Source: Octopus sinensis (lineage: Eukaryota). Taken from it: 64,000 bases of DNA. A program made the translations under genes and the position numbers. Below, piece by piece: positions 13,386 to 24,130 of the stretch (position 1 is its first letter; each line of letters starts with the position of its first letter). A model generated the notes under the pieces. The model was not told the origin of the DNA, searched no databases, and saw only the letters and a list, made by a program, of their open reading frames with translations. Location: the NCBI RefSeq assembly GCF_006345805.1, contig NC_043013.1:54684001-54748000 (forward strand), given 5' to 3'.

Positions 13386-13759
13386 TAATAGCTACAGACT
13401 AAAAGTTACATTTGTGTCTTATATTGTTATGACATGAATGAATTCAATGAGTTGAGATCTAATTGGATGGTAAAGTTATTGATGAGAGGCTAAGAAGCAT
13501 GACTCAGAACTACACGGGTGAGGGCTCATTTTTACTGAGTAATACCTTCAGCAAGAATCTTCTACCATTGTCCCTCACTTATGAAAATTTGATTGATGGA
13601 AACTGTATAATACTCATCTCACACACACACGCATAGAGCAAGACTTGATAATAAATTCTGAAATGGTTTACTTATATCTCAATCATGTCAATAATTTCAC
13701 TACAAACTCTCCAATCTTTTTATAGATACGTATATGCATCATGTGTGCATGTGTGGCTG

Positions 13760-13798
<39 letters not shown>

Positions 13799-13889
13799 CT
13801 TTATAACAACAGAGACCAGAAGCAAGAAAGTTTGACTCAATAATATGGATTCTCTTTACAACTTCCTTGTGAGTAAGATTTGATCGATG

Positions 13890-14033
13890 GATATATATAT
13901 ATACATATAAATACATATATATATATATATATATATAAATACATATATATATAATAAATACATATATATATATATAATAAATACATATATATATATATAA
14001 TATATAAATACATATATATATATATATATATAA

Positions 14034-14068
<35 letters not shown>

Positions 14069-14101
14069 CTATATATATATATATATAATATATATATATA
14101 A

Positions 14102-14140
<39 letters not shown>

Positions 14141-14142
14141 CA

Positions 14143-14173
<31 letters not shown>

Positions 14174-14204
14174 AATACATATATATATATATTATATATA
14201 TATA

Positions 14205-14248
<44 letters not shown>

Positions 14249-14250
14249 CA

Positions 14251-14298
<48 letters not shown>

Positions 14299-14299
14299 C

Positions 14300-14355
<56 letters not shown>
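13890..14355. repeat. Compound (TA)n array punctuated by 'aaatac'
   Basis: Repeated 'ataaatacat' anchors separated by TA runs of variable length. Confidence 0.95.
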
Positions 14356-14869
14356 TCGCACTCACGCACTGAGGACTGACATATAAGTTGGTTTCTATTC
14401 TTAAACTTAAATGGCTTCTTAATTATAATCTTTATATTTCTTTCCCTTACAGGTGATTTTTTCCCCATTATGTGTGAAAAGTTATTACATGAGCAAACAA
14501 GAGATTAAGAGTATTAAATATTATGAAAATACTAATCTAAAATGTCTTTATGGCACCTTATATAAAAGTGTGTGTGTGAATACTTACAGCCTGTGTTTTG
14601 CATAAAGAAAGCTCTGAGCTACAAACAATGTTCATTCTTGACAATTCCCTCTCAACAAATCAACTGCTTCCTCTGTTCTTTGAAAAATAAATGGAATGAG
14701 AAATCCCTCACTTACAAAATCTGGTAAAGGTTAGTGGCAGGAAAGGCATTCAACTGTAAAAAACAATGCCTCTTTATATGCAGTTGTTTTACCCATCCGA
14801 GCACTAAAAAAATGGACATAAAATGCACACACACACACACACACACACATGTACATATATTATTCTTTT

Positions 14870-15255
14870 ATTCTTGTATTTGTTTAGTCATTTGACCACA
14901 ACAATGCTGGAGCACCGCCTTTAGATGAACGAGTCGACTACAGGACTTATTCTTTATAAACCTAGTACTTATTCTTTCGGTTTCTTTTGCTGAACCGCTA
15001 AGTTACGGGGACGTGAACACATCAACATTGGTTATCAAGCGATAGTGGAGGAGGAAGCAAACATAGACGCACACACACACACACATATATATATATATGA
15101 CAGGCTTCTTTCAGTTTCTGTCTATCAAATCCACTCACAAGGCTTTGGTTGGCCCAAGGCTAGAGTAGAAGACACTTGCCCAAGGTACTACACAATGGAA
15201 CTGAACACCAAACAATGTGGTTGGTAAGCAAACTACTTACCACACAGCCACTCCT
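14870..15255 (-). mobile_element. SINE family B, near full-length
   Basis: Reverse complement of 4982-5383 over tail and head. Confidence 0.85.
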
Positions 15256-15305
15256 GAACCTATCACAGCCGTTTGCATTTTACACTCACACACACATGTA
15301 TACAG

Positions 15306-15354
<49 letters not shown>

Positions 15355-15374
15355 TATATGTATGTATATATATA

Positions 15375-15892
15375 TATATGTATAAATTTAACAATTAAGG
15401 ATAACTTCTTAATAAGGAATCTTAACAAGAAATTATCAGGTAGTTAGCGTGAAAAACCTCATAAGAGAAAAGAATTCGAAAATAATTTTTTTCCTTTTGA
15501 ACATATTAATTATATTTATATTGTATAGAGGGCATTATTACACATAAATGCCTCACACTAAGAGGGACATAAGTCATTACTACCAAGATTACACTAATCA
15601 TACCTAATGCAGTTCTTCAAAGCAAGACATTTAAAAAATGAATTTAGTTCTGTATCACCTGTGATTTCACATTTAACGTATAAAATTACGTCTATGGTCA
15701 TCAGCTGATGACCATAGACGTAATTTTATACGTTAAATGTGAAATCACAGGTGATACAGAACTAAATTCATTTTTTAAATGTCTTGCTTTGAAGAACTGC
15801 ATTAGGTATGATTAGTGTAATCTTGGTAGTAATGACTTATGTCCCTTTTAGTGTGAGGCATTTATGTGTAATAATGCCCTCTATACAATATA
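15375..15892. repeat. (TA)n-embedded element containing a 376-bp spacerless palindrome (15517-15892)
   Basis: Arms complementary about the axis 15704/15705 (catcag|ctgatg); one mismatch seen (aagaggg vs cctttt); left arm continues unpaired to about 15375. Confidence 0.92.
15705..15760 (+). ncRNA. Tentative hammerhead-like motif at the palindrome axis (mirror copy on - strand)
   Basis: CTGATGA 15705-11; helix II cat/atg plus acgta/tacgt; GAAA 15741-44; helix III tca-cagg-tga; UA at 15755-56; C.U mismatch closing helix II and no helix I partner. Confidence 0.35.
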
Positions 15893-15951
15893 TATATATA
15901 TGTATATATATCTATACATATATATGTATGTAGATGTATATATATATATAC

Positions 15952-15990
<39 letters not shown>

Positions 15991-16122
15991 TATACATATA
16001 TATGTATGTATACATATATATATATAAATATATATATATATACATATATATATGAATGTATATATATATATATGTATGTATATGTGTATATATATGAACA
16101 TATATATATATATATGTATATA
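15888..16122. repeat. (TA)n/(CATA)n microsatellite
   Basis: Direct read. Confidence 0.95.
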
Positions 16123-16127
16123 CAGGC

Positions 16128-16255
16128 ACTCTTACCAGTCACTTCATCACTTTTGCACTAGGAGTGTTAGGTAACAGCCCAATTATGTAATCCTATGCTC
16201 TTCAGAGATGGCAGTTATGGAATGAAATATGGTGGCTGCTTTTTATTGTTGAAGG
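16128..16255 (-). ncRNA. Decayed hammerhead motif, same family as 33473-33543
   Basis: Minus strand CTGAAGA-gcatagga...tcctagtgc-AAAA (GAAA G>A at a CpG); interior 'aggattacataat...acctaacact' and 5' flank homologous to 33473-33590. Confidence 0.45.
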
Positions 16256-17734
16256 TGAAAAGATACATCCTGTTTGTGTATATACACACACATATATATG
16301 TATGTATACAGCCAGTCATACATATATGTTTGTATATGTGTGTGCATGTATATCTTTCTGCAATGCACATTGGTGAGAAAATTGGTAAACCACTGATTCT
16401 GAACAAAAACCCTGATGATTCTTGTTTTGCCCCCATTTCACAGTCAATCCCTTGTCATCTTCAACATCATAAATGCAGTGAAGCCCTGACTGGCTCATTG
16501 AAAACCGATGATGGGATTGTTTGGGATACATGTAATAAATGTTTTAAAAAAGAATTCAAAAATTTTGATCAAAATAAACAATTGTTATTTTTAAAGAAGT
16601 TGTCCAATTTTAGTTTCTCTTTTATTCAGAATCGGTTTTCTCCCCATCAAAACTGTATGAACCCTTAAAGGGGGCCTAAATTGAAAGGAACTGGAATAAA
16701 AGTAATGGAAAGCAAGACTCATATATGTTGTCACAATGAGGAGGTAGAGGCTGTGACTCATAACCCATAGAAGGGCCTGCAAGACTGGAGGAAGGTCTCA
16801 TCAAACCAGAGACCCAGGCTGAATGCTTGCTCCAGTGGGATTTTACTAAGGGTAGTCAAGGTTCCTTGTGGTGATGTTAAACCAGATAACAAATTAAATA
16901 GGTCCAGAATGGGTTTTAAACCAGAGGGTGAGGAACCAAGACAAATACTGTGAAGCGTTTATTTTGATATTCTGAAAACTCTGGCTCTTCACTATGTTAT
17001 TTGTTGACCCACAGAAAACTGAAAAGCAAATCTGATCTCAGTAGGATTCGAACTCAGCTTTAATAAATACTACAAAGCATTTTGTAAGAGAGATTCTTTA
17101 ATATTCTGCCAATTCCTGACTGAAAATCGAATACAACATTATGGTGTTACGTATGAAAGTAGCCCTGTATCTCCTGCATACCAAGAAGCTTGTTCCTACA
17201 GCTTCTTTTATGCTTTAACTCCATCACCGAGCATAAAGCTGCCTCTCCATCTACTTTAGTCCCACTCAGAAAATACTGTGGAAGCTAAATTGTATTCTGA
17301 CAATTTAACTGCTTCTGCTTGTTTGTTTTGATTAACCAGATCTATGATAAAAAGACAGTCCAGCCATGACTGTTCCATCTTTGTTTTCCAGTCATGAAAT
17401 GAAGCAGAACTATGATCAAAGACACTTTAGCAATGAACATGCCACTTTTTCAGACATGATACATGCATATACACATATATACACACATTTACACAAATAT
17501 ATATATACACATACATATGTGTGTGTATGTCTATTTTACATCTGTCTTGAACACTCTCTCTCTTTATTAGTATATTTTCTGTTCCTTTCTCGTATTTCTC
17601 TCTAAACTGCGACTCCTGATTAATATTTAATAATATGCGTGTGTGTGTATATATATGTGTGTGTGTATATATATAAATGTGTGTATATATGTATATGTGT
17701 ATATGCATATCTGTCTATCTATCAATCTAAATAC

Positions 17735-17789
<55 letters not shown>

Positions 17790-17825
17790 CATACATACAT
17801 ATATATATATGCATACATACATACA

Positions 17826-17861
<36 letters not shown>

Positions 17862-17944
17862 GGTGTGCATAGAAGACGGACATTAAGCAATCATGATGGT
17901 GATGATATTCTGAATGATGATGATGATGATACATTCTGAAGAAT

Positions 17945-18091
17945 TCAAGGCTGGAGGCCTGCTAAGGAAACTGAAGGACTGCTTCAATAAGTGCTTGAAT
18001 TTGAGAGGGAAATATGTTGAACAAAATTATAATTAAGTGATCCTCCTGAATTTTCTTTTACCCAAAGCCAGGAACTTATCAGCAATCCCTC
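17945..18091 (+). mobile_element. Mariner 3' fragment, same family as 2847-3057
   Basis: Reads CFNKCLNLRGKYVEQNYN*, then TIR 'aaagccaggaacttatcagcaatccctc'. Confidence 0.75.
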
Positions 18092-18320
18092 ATATAGTGT
18101 ATCTATGTATATATTTATGTATGTATGTATGTATGTATGTATATAGGCTCAATCCAAGGTAAGCTTGTCTTATTTTAATTCTTTATCTGATGAAAGGAGA
18201 TAACTAACATGTTTTCCTTCATCTATGCTTTATATAACATAAAGAAACAAATGTAATAGGGAATAAATACCAACATTTTCCTGTTTTCTGTTTCAGTATA
18301 CACACATACACACACACACT

Positions 18321-18370
<50 letters not shown>

Positions 18371-18822
18371 ATGTATGTATGCATGTATATACATACAAAC
18401 ATACACACATACATGTAGCCTGTTGTCAGCTGTGGCTATTTTTAAAACAATAGGGCGTGATATGATCAATACTTGACTGCTATTTCTTGCAGGTCAAAAG
18501 GATACATGGTAATCTATTGTATAGTGAGGTGTCATTTTAGAGAGACCAACCATAAAAATAGAAACTTCTAAAAATTTACAGGAACACAAGTGACATCATT
18601 TATTTCTTTCTCTTCAGAATCCTAGAGATATTGCATGTTTAGTATGAAATGATTGCAACTTAAAGGTCTTAAAAGTCTTATGAAATATTGAAAGACAAAC
18701 AGACAAAATCCAAAACAGAAAAAAAAGGAACAGAATAAAATCCTAAAATGATAAACACAGAAACAGCAAAAGAGATAGCCAATGGAATGAACATTAATTC
18801 TTCAATATTTCAAGATAAAAAA

Positions 18823-19034
18823 GGCAGCGGGCTGGCAGAAACATTAGCACACTGGGCAAAATGCTTGGCGACATTTTGTCTGTCTTTACATTCTTAGTTC
18901 AAATTCCGCCGAGGTCGATTTTGCCTTTCATCCTTTTGGGGTCGATAAATTAAGTACCAGTTGCATACTGGGGTTTACCTAATTGACTGAATCCCTCCTC
19001 AAAAATTTTGGGCCTTGTGCCTAGAGTAGAATAG
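18823..19034 (+). mobile_element. SINE family A, tail type 2 (copy 1 of head-to-tail pair)
   Basis: 'ggcagcgggctggcagaaacattagcac...gagtagaatag'. Confidence 0.9.
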
Positions 19035-19052
19035 AATATTTCAAGATAAAAA

Positions 19053-19252
19053 GGCAGTGGGCTGGCAGAAACATTAGCACACCAGGTGTAATGCTTTGTG
19101 GTATTTAGTCTGAGTTCAAATTCCGCTGAGGTTGATTTTCCCTTTCATCCTTTTGGGGTCAATAAATTAAGTACCAGTTGTGTACTGGAGTCGACCTAAT
19201 CAACTGGCCCCCCTCCCCAAAAATTTTGGGCCTTGTGTCTAGAGTAGAAAAG
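19053..19252 (+). mobile_element. SINE family A, tail type 2 (copy 2 of head-to-tail pair)
   Basis: Same layout as the preceding copy, with substitutions and indels. Confidence 0.9.
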
Positions 19253-19698
19253 AATATTTCAAGATTAAAAAAGAAAATATAAATATCTTTTCTGTGCCAT
19301 ACTTCAGCTGATGTGAGACCCTCCTTGATTAAGGAGAATAGCTGAAGGTGAAAAGAAACATGAGGAAAACAAGAAAGCAAAGATTGGAAAAATATTTGCT
19401 TCATTGTAGTAGTGGACAGAATTGTATTTGTTAGAGGCAATGAGAGAGAGAGAGAGAGAGAGAATGAGTTAGTGACTTAAAGAGCTACACTGATTCTTCA
19501 CAGAAGAATACCTGCTGAGCGAGAAATGAAATAACGAATTAACTACTGTGTTGTTCATGAAAACATTTGTGTGATATGTATGAGTGTGTATACTCACACA
19601 CACACACACAAATATTCAATACATGAAATACATATGTGTGTGTGTGCGTATAGACATATATATATATATATAGGCATGTGTGTGTGTATGTATGCATG

Positions 19699-19729
<31 letters not shown>

Positions 19730-19730
<1 letters not shown>

Positions 19731-19920
19731 TGTTTCAGTCATTGGACTGCGACCATGCTGGGGCTCTGCCTTGAAGGGTTTAGTCAAATAAGTCAATCCG
19801 AGTGCTAACATTTTAGGTCTGGTATTTATTCTATCAGTCTCTTCTGCTGTACCACTAAGTTATGAGAATGTAAGCAAACCAACACCAGCCGTCAGGTGGT
19901 GAAGGGGACAAACACAAAGA
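19730..19920 (-). mobile_element. SINE family B, 3' half
   Basis: 'cttgtttcagtcattggactgcgaccatgctgg...ccactaagttat'. Confidence 0.7.
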
Positions 19921-20161
19921 CATACATACATATATATATATACACACACACATACATACATAAATTTATATATATGTCCTCACACACACATATATATATA
20001 AATAGTAAAATAAGGATTCAGATAGAATCAGGTACTTGGAAAGATATGCACCAGATAGAGTTGGATAAACCCATGGTTCTGCCCTATGGTTGGTAAGTAT
20101 CAAATAGAATATTCCGGTTGTGTACTCAGAGAAATCCAATCTTATGAGTATTTAGCACTGA

Positions 20162-20845
20162 GATATGTTTCTTTATTAGCCACACAGGGCTGCACACAGA
20201 CAGGACAAAATTACAAGGTAGAGCTTTTCTTTTGGGGGTAAAAGAAGGGGGTTTGGTTTTCGATCAAAAGGGATCGTAAATGGAAAGAAAGAGGACAAAA
20301 AAGGGGGGGATAAAATTAAAAAAAAAAAAAAGGTGGGGGGAAGGAAAAAAAAATTGATCAATAGGGATCGTTATCACAGAAATGTCAATATGAAGTGTAA
20401 AGAGGAGAACAGGTGAGGTTTACCCGTGGAAAGAAAAGCCTACGGAAAAGATCATGGTAACCTCGGTCAATGAAGTCATATGTTATATTTCTTTTTTTTT
20501 TTTTTTTGCAAATAAGCAACTCTGTATTAATTTTTACGGTTCATAGAATCATAGTCAAGGTGGCTTCGTCATTCATACGTGCCATCCTTGCTACATTCAC
20601 CCATCTTTTTTTAAAACATTCACTAGACAAAACCTGCCTCTCTACTCTCACTTTCCTCTTCAAGTGATACTTGAAGAAGTTGATGAGAGATTGACCAGAG
20701 AGGAAAGTGTTTGTCTCTTATCCTTTCAGGCGCGTCCACCAGATACATTCTTTCGCCATAGCCACAAGTATGATGAAAATAGCTCTTCCTTCCCGTTTGA
20801 AGGAAGGTGGCGTGACGATATTAACGAGAGATGTAGGTAGACAAG
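20162..20845 (-). mobile_element. Tx1/L1-clade LINE 3' fragment (ORF2 C-terminus plus 3' UTR)
   Basis: Minus frame ...AIFIILVAMAKECIWWTRLKG*ETNTFLSGQSLINFFKYHLKRKVRVERQVLSSECFKKRWVNVARM... resembles L1/Tx1 ORF2 ends (AK..IW..R, F...W); pyrimidine-rich 3' UTR ending in aataaag. Confidence 0.7.
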
Positions 20846-21444
20846 TAAATGGATAGCTAGATATATCGATATAGATGGATGGATGGATAGACAGAAAGAT
20901 AGATAGATACATAGACTGAGTGATAAATAGATATACAGACAGATAGATATAGATTGATTGATATGCATGCATACATTCATATATGACATACATGCACATG
21001 TTGCTTGTTTGCATGTCTTTACTGAATCACTATTTGAGCATAAGGTCGTGATAGTTGTTTATGCCGCCTACATGCAGTAAAGCTCAGGAGTTTCTATCAT
21101 TTGTACAAGTGAACACCAGCAGAATAAAATCAGTTTGTGTGAAAATCCAATGAGGGTTGGTGACAAGAAGAGCATCCGGCTGTCGAAGCCTGACTTGAGA
21201 TGTTTTGCCCAGGCTAAGCCGGCATGGAAAACAAAGGAAATGGATGTAAAGAACAATTTTAATAATAATAGTCATGTGTGTGAAGATGTGACTAATCTGT
21301 TGGACAAATGGTAACTTTTGTAAATGCATTCAAATCTTAAAACAAATACTGTTTTGCTCATGTGATTACTCTTAGCTCAGTCTGCCTGACTGACACAGTG
21401 ATCTTTTCACTCCTATTTTATTTTGAAACAGTATGTTTTATGCT

Positions 21445-21625
21445 TTCCTTGTTTCATTCATTAGACAGGGGCCATACTGGGGCACCACCTTGAAGGATTT
21501 TAGTCTGAATCAACCCTGGTATATATTGGTTTGAGGCTTGGTATTAATTCTATTGGGTCACTTTTGCTGAACCACTAAGTCACAGGGATGTAAACATACC
21601 AACACTGGTCGTCAAGCAGTGGTAA
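21445..21625 (-). mobile_element. SINE family B, 3' half
   Basis: 'ggccatactggggcaccacctt...gctgaaccactaagtcacaggg'. Confidence 0.7.
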
Positions 21626-21718
21626 AGGACAAACAGATGTAAAGGCATACAAAAACACATACATAATACACATATATACATACATATACATACATACATA
21701 CACACACACATACATACA

Positions 21719-21749
<31 letters not shown>

Positions 21750-21899
21750 CACACACACATACATACAATATATATATATATATATATATACATACACACA
21801 CACACACATATATATATATATCATCGGTAAGATATAAATCCAAAAAGGAAGCACACTCTAAGTTATGGAGCAGTATATTATATAAATATAGATGAGGCT

Positions 21900-22385
21900 G
21901 CTTTATGGGATTATCCCTCAGATCCCAAAACTTGTTGGCTTAAGGCCTCTTTAATAAGTGGCCTCTCTAGGCTTTGGAGGAGGAAAGGACCTTGCTACTC
22001 AACGTCACCAACAGGGGACTGTCTTTCATCAGTTATCGTCTACAAGTGACCCTGTTGTGGTTTCCAATAGGCTTGTATTTCAGGAAATTCCTGTTGGCCT
22101 ATTGGAACCCACAAGATAACAGGATCACTTGCGATCAATAGCCAAAAGGAGACAATCCCCTGTTGTTGCAAAGTCCTTTCCTCCTCCATAGTCTAAAGAG
22201 GCCTTAAGCCAACAGGTTTTGGAATCTGAGGACACGCCATAAAGCTAAGCGCTTTATGGATGTGAAACCCAGGGTAATTCTACAAAAAGGTACCAAAAGA
22301 GAATGACTTTCCCCAGACACAACAGAATATGCTTCAATACACGAACTCACATACAGAATCTTGCAGACAAAATCCAAAAACGAAA
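21900..22385 (+). mobile_element. Fold-back Penelope-like/retrozyme-like element with hammerhead (copy 1)
   Basis: Imperfect inverted repeat 21900-22245 centred near 22085; the right arm continues through a hammerhead into the 'gacacaacagaatatgcttcaa' tail and ends in (TA)n. Confidence 0.7.
22220..22282 (+). ncRNA. Type I hammerhead ribozyme motif, core intact
   Basis: Helix I tggaat/attcta; CTGAGGA 22226-32; extra C; helix II acg-ccataaagc/gctttatgg-a-tgt; GAAA 22264-67; helix III c-ccagg-g; GUA cleavage triplet 22274-76. Confidence 0.75.
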
Positions 22386-22916
22386 TATATATATATATAT
22401 GATGGTTTTTTTTCAGTTTGTGTATATAAAATCCACTGACAAGCCTTTAGTTGGCTCTAGACCCTAATGGAAGAGTCATACAGTGGGATTGAACTTGGGA
22501 CCATGAGGATGGGAAGCATAACGTCTTAACACAGTCATGTCTGAATCTAGTAAGCAATAATGGGAAAACATTTCAACAGTAAAAATTATTTTTCCAATAG
22601 ACTCAACCAATCTCACAAACATGTGAAATACTAATGGAAAAAAAAAAACAAAAAAAAATCTACCCACTAACTATAAATAAATGATGAAATATATGTGGGA
22701 TTTCATGTTTTGCCTGAAAGAAGGAAGTATTTATTATTAAACTAATTAAATATTAATAATATAGTCTATTTCATTATTGAAGGGTAGGAAGATATTAAAC
22801 AGAGATGAACTGTAGGAGGTGTGATTACAGATTTTAAAAATTAGCTTCATAAATACTGCACCTATGAAGACATGCTTTAACTCGTATTCAGGATACAGCC
22901 ACACATACAAAGAATA

Positions 22917-22960
<44 letters not shown>

Positions 22961-23069
22961 CATACACACACACACACATATATATATATATCATCGGTAA
23001 GATATAAATCCAAAAAGGAAGCACACTCTAAGTTATGGAGCAGTATATTATATAAATATAGATGAGGCT

Positions 23070-23555
23070 GCTTTATGGGATTATCCCTCAGATCCCAAAA
23101 CTTGTTGGCTTAAGGCCTCTTTAATAAGTGGCCTCTCTAGGCTTTGGAGGAGGAAAGGACCTTGCTACTCAACGTCACCAACAGGGGACTGTCTTTCATC
23201 AGTTATCGTCTACAAGTGACCCTGTTGTGGTTTCCAATAGGCTTGTATTTCAGGAAATTCCTGTTGGCCTATTGGAACCCACAAGATAACAGGATCACTT
23301 GCGATCAATAGCCAAAAGGAGACAATCCCCTGTTGTTGCAAAGTCCTTTCCTCCTCCATAGTCTAAAGAGGCCTTAAGCCAACAGGTTTTGGAATCTGAG
23401 GACACGCCATAAAGCTAAGCGCTTTATGGATGTGAAACCCAGGGTAATTCTACAAAAAGGTACCAAAAGAGAATGACTTTCCCCAGACACAACAGAATAT
23501 GCTTCAATACACGAACTCACATACAGAATCTTGCAGACAAAATCCAAAAACGAAA
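23070..23555 (+). mobile_element. Duplicate of 21900-22385
   Basis: Offset of +1170. Confidence 0.7.
23390..23452 (+). ncRNA. Type I hammerhead motif (duplicate copy)
   Basis: Identical to 22220-22282. Confidence 0.72.
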
Positions 23556-24086
23556 TATATATATATATATGATGGTTTTTTTTCAGTTTGTGTATATAAA
23601 ATCCACTGACAAGCCTTTAGTTGGCTCTAGACCCTAATGGAAGAGTCATACAGTGGGATTGAACTTGGGACCATGAGGATGGGAAGCATAACGTCTTAAC
23701 ACAGTCATGTCTGAATCTAGTAAGCAATAATGGGAAAACATTTCAACAGTAAAAATTATTTTTCCAATAGACTCAACCAATCTCACAAACATGTGAAATA
23801 CTAATGGAAAAAAAAAAACAAAAAAAAATCTACCCACTAACTATAAATAAATGATGAAATATATGTGGGATTTCATGTTTTGCCTGAAAGAAGGAAGTAT
23901 TTATTATTAAACTAATTAAATATTAATAATATAGTCTATTTCATTATTGAAGGGTAGGAAGATATTAAACAGAGATGAACTGTAGGAGGTGTGATTACAG
24001 ATTTTAAAAATTAGCTTCATAAATACTGCACCTATGAAGACATGCTTTAACTCGTATTCAGGATACAGCCACACATACAAAGAATA

Positions 24087-24130
<44 letters not shown>

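Noticed and set aside
13683-14468. 261-aa ORF and the many other Y/I/H/T/C/V-rich ORFs
   Set aside because: Translations of (TA)n, (CA)n and (TG)n microsatellites, which lack stop codons in some frames
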